64,000 nt of DNA from an uncultured archaeon (GTDB lineage: Archaea; Thermoproteota; Nitrososphaeria; Nitrososphaerales; Gagatemarchaeaceae). Of the stretch, positions 28,155 to 40,548 are shown piece by piece. Both the position numbers and the translations under genes were made by a program. Within the stretch, counting starts at the first letter, position 1. Each line of letters starts with the position of its first letter. Location: assembly GCA_963799775.1 (NCBI GenBank), contig CAWCYD010000003.1, forward strand, positions 160,001 through 224,000, given 5' to 3'. Under the pieces are notes generated by a model. The model was not told the origin of the DNA. It saw only the letters and a list, made by a program, of their open reading frames with translations, and did not search any database.

Positions 28155-29730
28155 GCTTGCTATTCACGCTACCACTACCGCCGACCTCGACGACAACTTC
28201 CTGCGCGGCCTGCTCCTCGGCGACCGCCGCCGCCTCGTCCTGGATGAGCTGCTTGTACTTTGGCAGCTTCTTCTCTCCGGCGAGCTCCTGCGAGAACTTT
28301 GCGATCAGCGGGAGGTACTTGCCGTAGATGTTCATCTTCCTCTGGACGGCCTCCATGCTCCCCTTCTTCGAGAGGTAGAGGCTGAGCCTCCTGAGGGCCT
28401 CGCGGACCGCGTTCCTGATCTCGGCCTCGATCTCGGGCCTGTCCGCGATGTACTCCTTGCCCACGGTCTTGTAGGGCACCTTCGTGGAGCAGATGTGGGT
28501 GATCACGGCCACGGGCGCCTCGTCCGGGACGTGGTACCTCCTCCAGTCTATCTCCTCGTTCATGACCTTGAACGAGACGTCGCTGCTCTCGTCGTATAGC
28601 AGGGGTATCCTGTTGGCGAACCTGAAGAGCTTCCTTCCCGGCTCGAGCGTCTTTCCTCCGTAGACCAGCCCGACCTCGACGAGGAACGGGAATCCCGAGT
28701 AGGACGAAGGGGGCCTGACGACGACGGTCGAGAACTCAGGCTCTAGCTCCTTGAGGATACCGGTGCTGAGTATCTGCTCCCCCACGGGAGAGAGGCACGA
28801 AGAATCGGGCGGCAGGAATTCCGTGAACCTTTGGAGAGCATCAACAATCGTCACGACCTGCTCGTTGGTGAGCTTCTCTGGGGCGATGTCCGGCCTGACA
28901 CCGGCGAACTCGAGGAACTTGACGGCGGTCCTGTCCCCTACCCTGTGGAAGTGCGTCGTCATGAATCGCTTTAGCGTCTTCTCCTCGTTCAGCTTCACCA
29001 TCCTCTTGAACGCCTCCACGTCCACGCCGTACGGATGGGGGAGCGTCTCCTTGGGAGAGGGTGGGATCTCCTCTGTGGCCCTCTCGTAGGTCGATATCCT
29101 CCCTATCGGGTCGACGAACGTGAGATTGGCGTATGACCCGACAAGGGCGGTCTGCTTGAAGTACTCGTTGATCTTCTGCGCCGAGCGGGTGAAGTCACCC
29201 TCCAGGACGACGTCGACGCGTGTCCCCGTCTTCCCGTTCGCCTCCTCGGTGTCCCTCCTGAGGATTATCGGCTTGTTCTCGCCGATGTCGATGAGCATCT
29301 CGAAGATATGCCTGCTCTTCCCGTCCACCGACGTCGTTATCTTGACCGGCTTGTTCGTCGTGATCTGGCCGTAGAGGACGGCCATCGTCCCTCCCATCCC
29401 GAACATGCCTCGTGACTGGCGCAGCACGTACTTGGACCCGTAGAATACCTTCCCAAAGGCCCTTGGCACGTGGTGGGGGTCGACTCCAGGGCCGTTGTCC
29501 GCGACCGTCACGCGATACGCCCTCGGCTCCGATGTCTCGGTCCCGTGACCCTCCGCGACTATCCTGACGTAGATGTCGGGCAGCAACCCGGCGAGCTCGC
29601 ACGCATCGAGAGAGTTCTCGACGAGCTCCCTGACGGCCATATAGAGGGCCCTCGCAGGGTTCGTGAAGCCTGCGAGGTCGCGATTACGATAGAAAAACTC
29701 GGATGGCGAAATCTCTGAGAACGTCACCAT
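28123..29730 (-). CDS. top6B: DNA topoisomerase VI subunit B
   Basis: ISPSEFF, ELVENSLDA, DNGPG, SRGMFGMG, RFANRIPL. Confidence 0.96.
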   Translation of the reverse strand: MVTFSEISPSEFFYRNRDLAGFTNPARALYMAVRELVENSLDACELAGLLPDIYVRIVAEGHGTETSEPRAYRVTVADNGPGVDPHHVPRAFGKVFYGSKYVLRQSRGMFGMGGTMAVLYGQITTNKPVKITTSVDGKSRHIFEMLIDIGENKPIILRRDTEEANGKTGTRVDVVLEGDFTRSAQKINEYFKQTALVGSYANLTFVDPIGRISTYERATEEIPPSPKETLPHPYGVDVEAFKRMVKLNEEKTLKRFMTTHFHRVGDRTAVKFLEFAGVRPDIAPEKLTNEQVVTIVDALQRFTEFLPPDSSCLSPVGEQILSTGILKELEPEFSTVVVRPPSSYSGFPFLVEVGLVYGGKTLEPGRKLFRFANRIPLLYDESSDVSFKVMNEEIDWRRYHVPDEAPVAVITHICSTKVPYKTVGKEYIADRPEIEAEIRNAVREALRRLSLYLSKKGSMEAVQRKMNIYGKYLPLIAKFSQELAGEKKLPKYKQLIQDEAAAVAEEQAAQEVVVEVGGSGSVNSKHEQAKIEDYS

Positions 29731-29984
29731 GCTCTCTATTCAGTCTCCATCAATATCGAACCTTTCTCCCCGCAAAACCGAGACAAGAATCCGCTGGTCT
29801 TGTATAAACACATACCCCAAATCTCGTGGAATTTTGACGCGCACTACCCGGAGGACACACTCGCTCTGGACAAAGGGTTGCGCGTGATGGATTAATAACC
29901 ATCCGCCTCGATTTGTCGCCGCTTTTGCGAGGCCTCACCGCAGGCCCTTGCTCTTTTAGGTGAATGGGGCGAATTGCTGGGGAT

Positions 29985-30555
29985 TCAGCTGCTAATCTCC
30001 GGGGACTGGTCTTCCCAGAGCAGTATCCGCTCCATCTTCCTCTTTGTGCGAGCCCTCTGCAGCATGTTGTAGACGGACTTGTGCTGGCTCCCGGCTGCGA
30101 GCTTCTCGACCGCATCTTTCGCCAACCTCAAGTCTGTCGGGTCGCCTATGATCGCCACCGTCTTCCCATAGACGGAGATGTCGCACTTTGTCAGCTCCTC
30201 GATGACCCTCCTGGACTTGCCCTGCAGGCCTATTATCCGTCCCTTTATCCTGGAGAGGCTGTTCTCGCTCTTCCCGGCAAAGTCCCGCATGTCAATCACC
30301 TCGAGCGAGATCTCCGGGTCCAGGAGCTTGAGCGCCCGCAGAGGCGAGAACCCCCTCGCTATCGCCTCGACGACGTTGGTGGCCCTGAAGGGGTCCGCTT
30401 CGATCGATGACGACCGTAGCGTGACCTCGCCGCTCTGGCCGTCCACCAGCAGCTCGACGCCGCACGACTCCTCGATCTTCGTCTTCGTCTCGCCCTTCTT
30501 CCCGATGAGCACCCACCCTGTCGATGGGGATGCGCAGCATCCGTTCGAAACTCAA
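29985..30555 (-). CDS. KH-domain rRNA processing protein Dim2/Pno1 (N-terminal frameshift)
   Basis: LIGKKGETK, AIARGF, RIKGRIIG, VYGKTV. Confidence 0.92.
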
Positions 30556-31409
30556 GCCAGTACCTCTTCGAGAATCTTCTCCGGCTCCTTCTGATAAACC
30601 CCTCTCTTTTTGAAGAACCTCACCATGTTCGTGATGTCCCTGAGAAGCAGGGCCTTCGACTCGGGGTGCGAGGAGAGCACCGCCGACCCCATGTCGAAGA
30701 GGATGCGCTCTCCAGGTTCCGGCTTGAAGATGTTGAACTCCGAGAGGTCGGCGTGGACGAGATCCGCCTTCTTGTAGAGCTTGGCGATCATCTCGAAGGT
30801 CCAATCGTAGTCAGACCCGTCCACCTCGGTCTCTGCGAAGATGGGCGCGGGGGCCGGGGGCGAGCCGATGAACTCCATGACGATGATGTTCTCGTTGAAG
30901 GCGAAGGGCTCCGGGCCCCTGATCCCCGCCTCCGAGGCGAGCCTGAGGTTCTTGTATTCCTTCTGCACCCAGAGCCGAATCATCTGCCGGATGGAGCTGG
31001 GCAGCTGCTGGAACCTCTTGTCTCCCGCCACGTACCTCATCCGCTTCTTGAACTCGGCGCTGGCCGTGAGGTAGATCTTGACAGCTCGTGCGCTCCCGTC
31101 GGATGTCACGCCCCAGTAGACACGGGCCTCCTTCCCCGCTCTGACCACGCCGTTGAGGTAAGAGATGAACCCCTTGTTGATGGTCTCAGAGAGCGCGATA
31201 TTGGTCGCCTTGTCGAACACCTCCTCGACGGTCTTCCTCTCGTTAGAGTCGTGCCTGAGGCGCCTGTTCTCCCTCTCGCTCCTGCGGATGCGTTCTCTGA
31301 GGCCAGAGCCCTGCTCGATGTCCCCCTCCGTCATAGAGCCTGCCTCGGCAGCGCGAGTGTCGCTCACTGATTGGGAGTCGACCTCCCCTTCCTCGTCGTC
31401 CTCTTCCAT
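30552..31409 (-). CDS. rio1: RIO1 serine kinase
   Basis: GKEARVY, AVKIY, KEYKNL, LVHADLSEFNI, FDMG. Confidence 0.93.
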   Translation of the reverse strand: MEEDDEEGEVDSQSVSDTRAAEAGSMTEGDIEQGSGLRERIRRSERENRRLRHDSNERKTVEEVFDKATNIALSETINKGFISYLNGVVRAGKEARVYWGVTSDGSARAVKIYLTASAEFKKRMRYVAGDKRFQQLPSSIRQMIRLWVQKEYKNLRLASEAGIRGPEPFAFNENIIVMEFIGSPPAPAPIFAETEVDGSDYDWTFEMIAKLYKKADLVHADLSEFNIFKPEPGERILFDMGSAVLSSHPESKALLLRDITNMVRFFKKRGVYQKEPEKILEEVLA

Positions 31410-31624
31410 CGCCACGCGGCTGCTCGGGACACCTTTAGGGTTGTTGACTGGCCTAAGAATCACCCTTTGCAAGAAGCAATGTTTATTATCAGGTATACAA
31501 CATCGAGTTGTATAGTGTTGGGATTAATGACGACACCGAATACAAGGCGATCACCGAGCGCGTTCTCAAAGGGTTTTAGTAAAACGGCCCGAGCGGCACA
31601 CACGAACGCCCGGTGACCTACCAG

Positions 31625-32223
31625 ATGGGAACAGAACGAGAAAACGAAGGAACGAGAGATGATAACGATTTGAAAACCTCTACCATGGTGAAAGAGCAGG
31701 AGACGAAGGCGGTCAAGGACGACCTCAAGAAGCTAGAGAAGACTCTGCAGGACGAGCGCAGACGCAACGAGGAGATTCTGACGAGCTTCAAATACCTGCA
31801 GGCCGACTTTGAGAACTATAGGAAGAGGGTCGACCGCGAGATCCGGGAGCTGGAGGAGTTCTCCACGGTCGGGCTGGTCCGGAAGCTGATACCAGTCCTC
31901 GATGACCTCGACCTCGCGGTGACCACGGCGGCCAAGTCCGCGGACAAGGGCCTCCTGGAGGGAGTGAAGATGGTCCAGAAGAACCTCGGCTCCGCCCTAG
32001 AGGGCGAGGGCCTTGAAGAGATCAAGGCAGTCGGGCAGCCGTTCGACCCGTCCTCTCACGAGGCCGTCGACAAGGTCGAAGGGACGGACAACTCGAACGA
32101 CATGGTGGTCGAAGAGATGAGGAAGGGCTACAAGTTCAAGGGCAAGCTGCCCTCAGGCCGACCGCCGTCAAGGTCCAGCTTGCCGCGAGGGCTGAGAAGG
32201 CGAAGGAGGAAGAGCAGGCATGA
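31625..32223 (+). CDS. grpE: Nucleotide exchange factor GrpE (late frameshift)
   Basis: [23 protein letters not shown]. Confidence 0.93.
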
Positions 32224-34127
32224 GCTCCAGCAACCAAGCCAAGTCCGGTCCCTCCGCGAGAGAGAAGATCATAGGGATCGACCTAGGGACGACCAACTCC
32301 GCAGCAGCGGTCATGGAGGCTGGGCGACCCATTGTCGTCCCGAGCGCGGAAGGGCAGACGGTGGCGGGGAAGATGTTCCCATCCGTAGTCGCTTTCACCT
32401 CCGACGGGCAGCTCCTTGTGGGCGAGCCTGCGAAGCGACAGGTCGTCACGAACCCTGACGGCACGATATTCGAGATCAAGCGGAAGATGGGCACCGACTA
32501 CAAGGTGCGGATAGCAGGCAAGGAGTTCACTCCCCAGCAGATCAGCGCCTTCATCCTACAGAAGATCAAGAAGGACACCGAGACCTTCCTGGGCTATCCC
32601 GTGAAGAAGGCCGTCATCACGGTCCCCGCGCACTTCAACGACAATCAACGCCAGGCGACGAAGGACGCCGGCGAGATCGCCGGACTGGATGTGGTGAGGA
32701 TAATCAACGAGCCGACGGCCGCGTGCCTAGCGTACGGGCTGGACAAGACAGACAAGGAGATGAAGGTGCTCGTCTTCAGCTTCGGTGGAGGCACCCACGA
32801 CGTCACTGTGATGGAGTTCGGAGGCGGCGTCTTCCAGGTCCATCGCCACGAGCGGCGACACGCAGACGGGCGGGGCCGACGTGGACTACGCGATAGTCAA
32901 CCTCATCGTCAGCGATTTCAGGTCTAAGACAGGCATCGACCTCAAGAACGACAGGACCGCGATGACCCGCCTCAAGGAGGCCGCGGAGAGGGCGAAGATC
33001 GAGCTCTCGAACATAATCTCGACCGACATCGACCTTCCCTTCATCGCGAGCGACTCCACGGGGACCAAGAACCTTCACTTCACCCTGACCAGGGCGAAGC
33101 TCGAAGAGCTCGCGGCCCCGATAGTCGCGAAGGTGGAGGAGCCGATCTCCCGTGTGATAAGCGACGCGAAGCTGACGACCAAGGACATCGACAAGGTGAT
33201 CCTGATAGGAGGGATGACCAGGATGCCCCTCGTCAGACAGAAGGTGGAGCAGGTTATGGGCAAGCCAGCCGAGAGGGGGGTCGACCCCATGGAAGCTGTC
33301 GCCATCGGCGCGTCGATCCAGGGTGCGGTCTTGGCAGGCGAGGTGAAGGACATCCTGCTCCTCGACGTCACGCCCCTCTCCCTGGGCGTGGAGACGCTCG
33401 GGAACGTCACCGCCAAGGTGATAGAGAGGAACACGACGATCCCGGTCAAGAAGAGCCAGACGTTCACGACCGCGGCGGACATGCAGACCGCGGTCACGAT
33501 CCACGTCGTCCAGGGCGAGAGGGCCATGGCTGGGGACAACATCTCCCTGGGCATGTTCAACCTCGAGGGGATACCGCCCGCGCCGCGTGGGTCCCGCAGA
33601 TCGAGGTCACCTTCGACATCGACGCGAACGGCATCCTCAACGTGACCGCCCACGACAAGGGCACGGGGAAGGAGGCCAGGATCACCATCTCGGCCTCTAC
33701 CAAGCTCTCGAAGGACGAGAAGGAGAAGATGGTGGCCCAGGCGGAGCAGTACGCCGAGCAGGACAAGAAGAAGATGGAGGAGGCCCAGATAATGAACGAC
33801 GCCGACTCGCTCCTCTACACATCCGAGAAGACAAAGACCGACCTCGCAGGCAAGATCAGCAAAGAGTCGGAGGACAAGATAACGGCAGCGGGAGGAGACC
33901 TCAGGAAGGCCATGGAGGGCAAGAACCCGGACGAGGTCAAATCCAAGTCCGAGGCTCTCCGGAAGATCCTCCAAGAGGTGGGGACCGCGGTCTACCAGCA
34001 GCAGGCGCAGGCTGCCCAGGCGACCGCAGGCGGGGGAGGCCCCGGACCGACGACGCAGGGCGGGGCCCCGGGCGACGGGACCATGACCGACGCCGACTAC
34101 AAGGTCGTCGATGAAGATAAAAAGTAA
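32220..34127 (+). CDS. dnaK: Chaperone DnaK (two frameshifts)
   Basis: [36 protein letters not shown] across three ORFs. Confidence 0.96.
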
Positions 34128-34148
34128 CCCCGGAGCCGAAACTTCCCA

Positions 34149-35259
34149 GTGAGCAGCACCTCTGCTAGGGACTTCTACGACGTCCTAGGGGTCCAGAAGG
34201 GGGCGAGCAAGGACGACATCAAGGCGGCCTACAGGAAGCTGGCGATGCAGTTCCACCCTGACAGGAACAAGTCCCCCGAGGCCGAGGAGAAGTTCAAGGA
34301 GATATCAGAGGCCTACGCGGTCCTCTCGGACGACGACAAGCGAAAGCAGTACGACACCTACGGAAGGGAGGGCGTCTACCAGAAGTACGGCCAGGAGAAC
34401 GTCTACAACGGCGCCGACTTTCAGGACGTCTTCAGGGACATGGGCTTCGGGTTCGGCGGCGGCGGGTTCGACGACCTTCTAGGCGCCTTCTTCGGAGCGG
34501 CCGCAGGCCGGGGGGGCAGGTCCAGGCGGGGAGGAGACCTCACCCTCCACCTCCAGCTGGGGCTTGAAGACGTCGTCAACGACGTCACCAAGGAGATCGA
34601 GATCCCGAGGACGGAGCTCTGCGGGATCTGCAGAGGGAGCGGCGCATCCCCAGGGACCTCTCTGAGGAGGTGCCCACAGTGCGGCGGCACCGGGCAGATC
34701 CAGAAGATGCAGAACGCAGGCTTCGCGCGGTTCATCCGTGTCGAGACGTGCGGCAAGTGCAGGGGCACCGGCAACTTCGTCGAGTCCCCGTGCAAGGAGT
34801 GCAGGGGGACGGGACACGTGAGGAAGCAGCGGAGGATACGGATTCAGGTGCCAGCGGGCGTCGAGGACGGTCACACTCTTAGGCTCAGGGGCGAGGGCGA
34901 GGTCGGAGAGGCAGGCACGCCGCCAGGAGACCTCTACGTGGTCGTGAACATCCCAGAGCACCCCGTCTTCAAGAGGAGGGAAAGCGACCTCTTCATCGAG
35001 ACGCGCGTCAACGCAGTCGAGGCGATGCTAGGGACTGAGATCAACGTCCCCACCCTCTACGGGGACGTGATGCTCGACGTGCCCTCCGGGACGCAGCCGG
35101 GTTCCTCGTTCCGGATCAAGGGCAAGGGCCTCCCAAGGCTCAACTCATTCGGGAAGGGGGACGAGTGGGCCGTGGTCAGGGTGGACGTGCCGAAGAGCTT
35201 GAGCGGGAAGCAGAAGGAACCTTCTCAAGCAGCTCATGCGCGAGGGCAAGGTCCAGTAA
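34149..35259 (+). CDS. dnaJ: Chaperone DnaJ (late frameshift)
   Basis: HPD J-domain, G/F-rich region, four CxxCxGxG. Confidence 0.96.
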
Positions 35260-35275
35260 GGCCCGAGCCCTCGCC

Positions 35276-35577
35276 TCAGAACTTGTAGATCATCAAGAAC
35301 GGGACGCCCTGGATCTCCCTGACGGCCTGAGGGCACCGAGCTTGTTCACCAGGGCGATGTTGACAGACCTAGACCCGGCGAGGCTGATCATCGAGGACTC
35401 CCTGATGAGCTTGACGGCTTCTTCCTCCCCGACGAGGTCCCCGCCGAAGAACTCCTTGGAGATGTGCATCTTGAGCTTCCCCTCGACGAGCGTCTTCCCG
35501 ATTAGGTCGATGTCGCAGACGTTGACGACGCTCGCGTTCTTCCAAACGATGCTGCGCACGGAGAACTGCGCCGTCAT
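35276..35577 (-). CDS. DUF424-family protein (late frameshift)
   Basis: [16 protein letters not shown]; adjacent to aIF2-beta. Confidence 0.8.
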
Positions 35578-35582
35578 GGGGT

Positions 35583-35999
35583 CTAGTTCACTCGAGCGCT
35601 TGACCTTGCGCCGCACGCCTCGCACACCCTGAAGTGCAGCCTGCTCTCTGTCACGATGTGTGTGTCAGGACTGCCGCAGACGGGGCACGTGACGTTGTCG
35701 GTCATGTAGCGCTGGAAGAGCTGCGCGAAGGACGTCTTGTCCTTCCTCCCGATGAATATGGCCCTGTCTCCGTCCAGGGAAGCGGCCGTCGCGAGCTCCT
35801 TCGCGAGATACATCAGGAGCCGGTCGGGCTCTCTCCTCATGAGCTTCGGATACTCGGAGTAGTTCCTCAATATGGTCTTGTTGCCGATCCAGATGACCTG
35901 GGGCTCCGGTATCTCGATCCTGTTCTGGGTAGACTTGTGGGCCGTCTTGTCTAGGGTAGACCTGGCCCTGTCAAGCAGCTCGTCGTATTGCCTTACCAT
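35583..35999 (-). CDS. eif2b: Translation initiation factor aIF2 beta
   Basis: YDELLDRA, GNKTILRN, CPVCGSPDT...CEACGA. Confidence 0.93.
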   Translation of the reverse strand: MVRQYDELLDRARSTLDKTAHKSTQNRIEIPEPQVIWIGNKTILRNYSEYPKLMRREPDRLLMYLAKELATAASLDGDRAIFIGRKDKTSFAQLFQRYMTDNVTCPVCGSPDTHIVTESRLHFRVCEACGARSSARVN

Positions 36000-36102
36000 C
36001 CCGAACTCACCAAAGTTTTTCGCCGGAACGAGGTATTTCAACCCTCCTTCCTCCGCGACCCGATTTCAAAGATTTAAAGTCAAATCAGGCCCGGGTCGCT
36101 CC

Positions 36103-36912
36103 GTGAGTGGCAAAGCGGCGACCATCGGGGTCATAGGCGGGTCAGGGTTCTACAAGTTCCTCCAGACGAAGCAGGCGTCAAAGCAGCACACGCCATACGG
36201 GAGCCCGAGCGCGGGCGTCAGGATCTCGGATGTCAATGGTAAGAGGGTCGCCTTCTTGCCCAGGCACGGTGAGCACCACCAGTTCCCTCCCCACGTCGTG
36301 CCGTATCGCGCCAACATCTACGCGCTGAAGCAGCTCGGGGTAGAGAGGGTATACGGCCCCACAGCCGTGGGCAGCCTGAAGGCGGAGGTCAAGCCCGGCG
36401 ACTTTGTGGTCAGCGACCAGTTCGTTAACTTCACGAACGGGAGGAAGGACACGTACTTCGATGGCCCCCAGACGGCCCACGTCGGTTCTGCCGACCCCTA
36501 TTGCCCGGAGCTCCGCAAGGTGGTCCTCGAGGCCTCAAAGGGCATGGGGATCAAGGTCCACAAGACGGGGACCGTAGTGGTAATCCAAGGCCCTAGGTTC
36601 TCCACTAGGGCTGAGAGCAAGTTCTTCCGGTCCCAAGGATGGGACATCATCAACATGACGCAGTACCCCGAGGCGATCCTCGCGCGGGAGCAGGAGATGT
36701 GCTACGTCAACATCTCCCTTGTCACTGACTACGACGTGGGCCTGGAGGGTGACCCGGACGTCGAGCCGGTGAGCAACGACGAGGTCATGCGCGTGTTCAA
36801 CGCCAACCTGGAGAAGCTCAGGACGCTCCTCCTCAAGGCAATAGAGCTGACCCCGTCGAAGCGGTCCTGCGAGTGCGGGTCCGCTATGAAGAACGCGAGG
36901 ATAGTCGTATGA
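36103..36912 (+). CDS. mtnP: 5'-methylthioadenosine phosphorylase
   Basis: IGVIGGSG, FLPRHG, QGPRFSTRAES, VTDYD. Confidence 0.93.
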   Translation: MSGKAATIGVIGGSGFYKFLQTKQASKQHTPYGSPSAGVRISDVNGKRVAFLPRHGEHHQFPPHVVPYRANIYALKQLGVERVYGPTAVGSLKAEVKPGDFVVSDQFVNFTNGRKDTYFDGPQTAHVGSADPYCPELRKVVLEASKGMGIKVHKTGTVVVIQGPRFSTRAESKFFRSQGWDIINMTQYPEAILAREQEMCYVNISLVTDYDVGLEGDPDVEPVSNDEVMRVFNANLEKLRTLLLKAIELTPSKRSCECGSAMKNARIVV

Positions 36913-37458
36913 AGAAGGAGGGCGAGGTCGAGTCTGAGCTCAAGGCTGCCATAAGACGGATCCCTGACTTCCCGAAGAAGGGGATAATCTACCGGGACAT
37001 CACGACCCTGTGGAAAGACGGGAGGCTCCTGCGGAAGAGCACCGAGGTTCCTCTACGAGCACTACAAGAACAAGAAGATAGACGCGGTCCTGGGCATCGA
37101 GGCCAGGGGCTTCGTCGTCGGGGCCCCTCTTGCGGTGCGCCTGGGCGTCGGCTTCATCCCTCTCAGGAAGCTTGGTAAGCTCCCTGGAGAGAAGATATCG
37201 GAAAGCTACGACCTCGAGTATGGGACGGCCACCCTCGAGATGCACCGGGACGCAATCGAGAAGGGGGAGAGGATCCTCATCGTCGACGACCTGATAGCCA
37301 CGGGAGGAACCGCCCTAGCCGCGGCGAAGCTCGTCGAGGTGGTCAGGGGAAAGGTCGTCGGGTTCGCCTTCGTCGTGGAGCTGACAGGACTCAAGGGCCG
37401 GGAGGCGCTAAAGGGCTACGACGTCTTCTCCATTGTGAAGTATTCGGGCGACGAGTAG
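36909..37458 (+). CDS. apt: Adenine phosphoribosyltransferase (frameshift near 37050)
   Basis: IPDFPKKGIIYRDIT, YDLEYG, IVDDLIATGGT. Confidence 0.93.
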
Positions 37459-37525
37459 CCGCTAGGCCCCGAAGCGATGCAACGAGCTTAATAATCCAAC
37501 TTCGAACGGAGGGGCGAAACTGTTC

Positions 37526-38755
37526 ATGGGCAAGATAGCCGACCCTGACCTTGCAGCTGAGGGTGAGAAGAACTTCCTTTGGGCCAAGGGACACATGACC
37601 GCCTTGTCGACGATCGCGTCGAGGCATGCGAAGCAGAAGCCGCTGAAGGGGACCACAGTCGGGGTCTGCCTGCACGTCACAAAGGAGACATCCGTGCTGA
37701 TCGACTCGCTCCTCCTCGCAGGAGCTGAGGTCAAGCTCGCGTCCGCGAATCCTCTCTCGACGCAGGACGACATCGCAGCCTACCTCGCGACGCGTGCCGA
37801 GGTGTGGGCCTGGCGCGGCCAGAGCGCAAAGGAGTACGACTGGTGCATCAACCAGGTGCTCGCCACGAACCCCGACGTCGTCATCGACGACGGGGCCGAC
37901 CTCCACGTCGCGGCGAACCTGAAGCACGTGAAGTCCATCAGAGGGGGCTGCGAGGAGACCACCACCGGAGTTATGCGCCTGAAGGCACTGGAGAAGGACG
38001 GGAAGCTGGGCTATCCCGTGATAGCGATCAACAACGCGAAGACAAAGTTCCTCTTCGACAACAGGTTCGGGACGGGCCAGAGCACCTTCGACGGCATCCT
38101 CAGGGCCACATCGCTCCTCATCGCGGGGAAGAAGGTGGTCGTGGTGGGCTACGGGTGGGTGGGCAAGGGCGTCGCCAAGAGGGCGAGAGGCCTAGACGCG
38201 AACGTCACTGTCGTCGAGATCGACCCGATCAAGGCCCTAGAGGCGCACCTCGACGGGTTCTTGGTCACGAACATCGCCGAGGCATCCAAGTACGGAGACA
38301 TATTCATCACATGCACGGGCCAGAAGCACGTCATCCCCTACTCGGCCGTCAAGGAGATGAAGGACGGGGCCATCCTCTGCAACGCAGGCCACTTCGACGT
38401 CGAGATCGACGTCAAGTCCATCATGGAGGCTGCGAAGTCGGTCAAGCAGGTCCGCCCGAACACGGACGAGATAGGCTTCCCAGGAGGGAAGCGGATCTAT
38501 CTTCTCGGCAAGGGGCGCATAGTCAACCTCGTCGCCGCCGAGGGGCACCCGCCGGAGGTCATGCAGATGTCCTTCGCCAACCAGTTCATGTCGGCGCTCT
38601 ACGTCTACGAGAACAGCTCCAAGCTGCCCAGGAAGGTCCTCGACGTGCCGCTCGAGATCGAGCATCTGGTCGCGATGTCGACACTCCAGTCTCTCGAGAT
38701 CACGATAGACAAGGCGTCTAAAGCGCAGCTGGAGTATGCCGAGAGCTGGGCTTGA
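37526..38755 (+). CDS. ahcY: Adenosylhomocysteinase
   Basis: NPLSTQD, EETTTG, KFLFDNRFGTGQS, GYGWVGKG, NAGHFD. Confidence 0.96.
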   Translation: MGKIADPDLAAEGEKNFLWAKGHMTALSTIASRHAKQKPLKGTTVGVCLHVTKETSVLIDSLLLAGAEVKLASANPLSTQDDIAAYLATRAEVWAWRGQSAKEYDWCINQVLATNPDVVIDDGADLHVAANLKHVKSIRGGCEETTTGVMRLKALEKDGKLGYPVIAINNAKTKFLFDNRFGTGQSTFDGILRATSLLIAGKKVVVVGYGWVGKGVAKRARGLDANVTVVEIDPIKALEAHLDGFLVTNIAEASKYGDIFITCTGQKHVIPYSAVKEMKDGAILCNAGHFDVEIDVKSIMEAAKSVKQVRPNTDEIGFPGGKRIYLLGKGRIVNLVAAEGHPPEVMQMSFANQFMSALYVYENSSKLPRKVLDVPLEIEHLVAMSTLQSLEITIDKASKAQLEYAESWA

Positions 38756-40508
38756 ATAACAAAGAGCCAGACACGAGCCAAATCGAAAAGCCGAAGAGCC
38801 GGCCTAAGGGCAAGCAGAGGGTGCTTGTCTGCTGCGCCCTCCCATACACCAACGCTGTGCCCCACGTGGGGAACATCGTGGGGTCGCACCTCCCCGCCGA
38901 CATATTCGCGCGCTACTGCAGGCTCAAAGGCTACGAGACGGTCTTCATCGGGGGCGCCGACGAGAACGGGACGCCCACGGAGGTCGCCGCCATCGAGCTC
39001 AAGGTCACCCCGAGGCACCTCACCGACGTCTTCTACAAGGTCCACAAGACGATATACGACTGGTTCGAGATCTCCTACGACAACTTCTCGAGGACGTCCC
39101 TCCCCGTCCATCACAAGACGACCCAGGAGCTCTTCCTGAAGATCTACGAGAACGGCTACGTCACGAAGGGAGTCATGCGCCTCCCATACTGCGAGACGGA
39201 CAAGCTCTTCCTGGCTGACCGCTACGTCGTGGGCAAGTGCCCGGTCTGCGGCTACGAGTTCGCGAGAGGAGACCAGTGCGAGAACTGCGCCACCCTTTTG
39301 GAACCAGAGCAGCTCATCGACCCGAGGTGCAAGATAGACGGGAGCATCCCCGTGTTCAAGGACAGCGACAACCTCTTCCTCGAGCTGGAGAAGCTCCAGC
39401 CGCAGCTCGAGGCGTGGATTCTCGGTCAGAAGCACTGGAGGAAGCAGGTGAGCTCGCTCGCGCTGGCCTGGATAAAGGAGGGCCTGAAGAGGAGGAGCAT
39501 AACCCGGGACCTAAAGTGGGGCGTTCCTGTCCCCCTAAAGGGCTTCGAGAACAAGATCTTCTACGTCTGGTTCGACGCCCCGATAGGCTACATCTCATCG
39601 ACGAAGGAGTGGGCCGAGAGGTCGGGGAAACCCGACGCGTGGGAGGCCTACTGGAAGTGACCCCGACACGCGGATCTACAACTTCCTAGGCAAGGACAAC
39701 ATCCCTTTCCACACCATCTTCTGGCCTGGGATGCTCATGGCCAGCGGCGGCTACAACCTGCCCTACGACGTGGTGGGCCTACAATACTGCAACTACGAGG
39801 GTGACAAGATATCGAAGTCGCGGAACTGGGGGATCTTCTGCGAGAAGGTGGTCCAATCGGGCCTCGACCCGGACATCTGGCGCTACTACCTCTCCTATCT
39901 CATCCCTGAGACCAAGGACTCTGAGTTCAAGTGGGACGACTTCCAGATTCGGGTGAACAACGAGCTCGTGGCGGCGATCGGCAACTTCATCCACAGGCAC
40001 CCTGACCTTCGCCTGCAACTTCCTCGACGGGACGGTCGAGAGGGCGCCCCCCGAGAAGGAGGACGTCGAGCTGGAGCAGAAGGTGCTCGCCCAGGTCGCC
40101 GAGGCGGACGCCGCATTCCAGGAAGCCCGCCTCAAGGACGCGCTGAGGAACGTCCTCCAGATCGCCATCATCGGGAACGAGTACTTCCAGCGGAGCCAGC
40201 CGTGGGCGCTCATCAAAGAGAACCCGGAGGCCTGCAGGAGGGTCATCTACTACTGCCTCAACGTCTGCAACGTCCTCGCGGTCACCATGTCCCCCTTCCT
40301 CCCTGGGTCGTCCAAGAGGCTCCGCGGCTTCTTGGGCCTCTCAGGCGACCCCACATGGGAGAAGAGCCTCCACTTCTCGCTGGAGAGGGCGAGAATCCAA
40401 AAGCCTGAGATCCTCTTCAAGAAGATCGACGAGAAAGAGATAGCGAGGCTGCGCTCTCAGGTGACAAAGAGCTCCGACGCCAAGGAGTTCTTCAAGGACG
40501 CGGCCTGA
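38752..40508 (+). CDS. metG: Methionine-tRNA ligase (two frameshifts)
   Basis: ALPYTN..HVGN, Zn knuckles, YVWFDAPIGY, KISKS. Confidence 0.95.
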
Positions 40509-40548
40509 CGACAGGCGGGTCCGGGGCGAAAGGCCCGGTGTGGGCCTT

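Noticed and set aside
29740-29980. ncRNA (SRP, RNase P) in this and other longer intergenic gaps (31410-31620, 44660-44850, 56520-56750)
   Set aside because: No conserved motifs or extended stems recognised by eye; an Infernal scan would be needed.
39655-39665. In-frame TGA in metG as selenocysteine or readthrough
   Set aside because: The downstream sequence continues in another frame, so this is an indel and not recoding.
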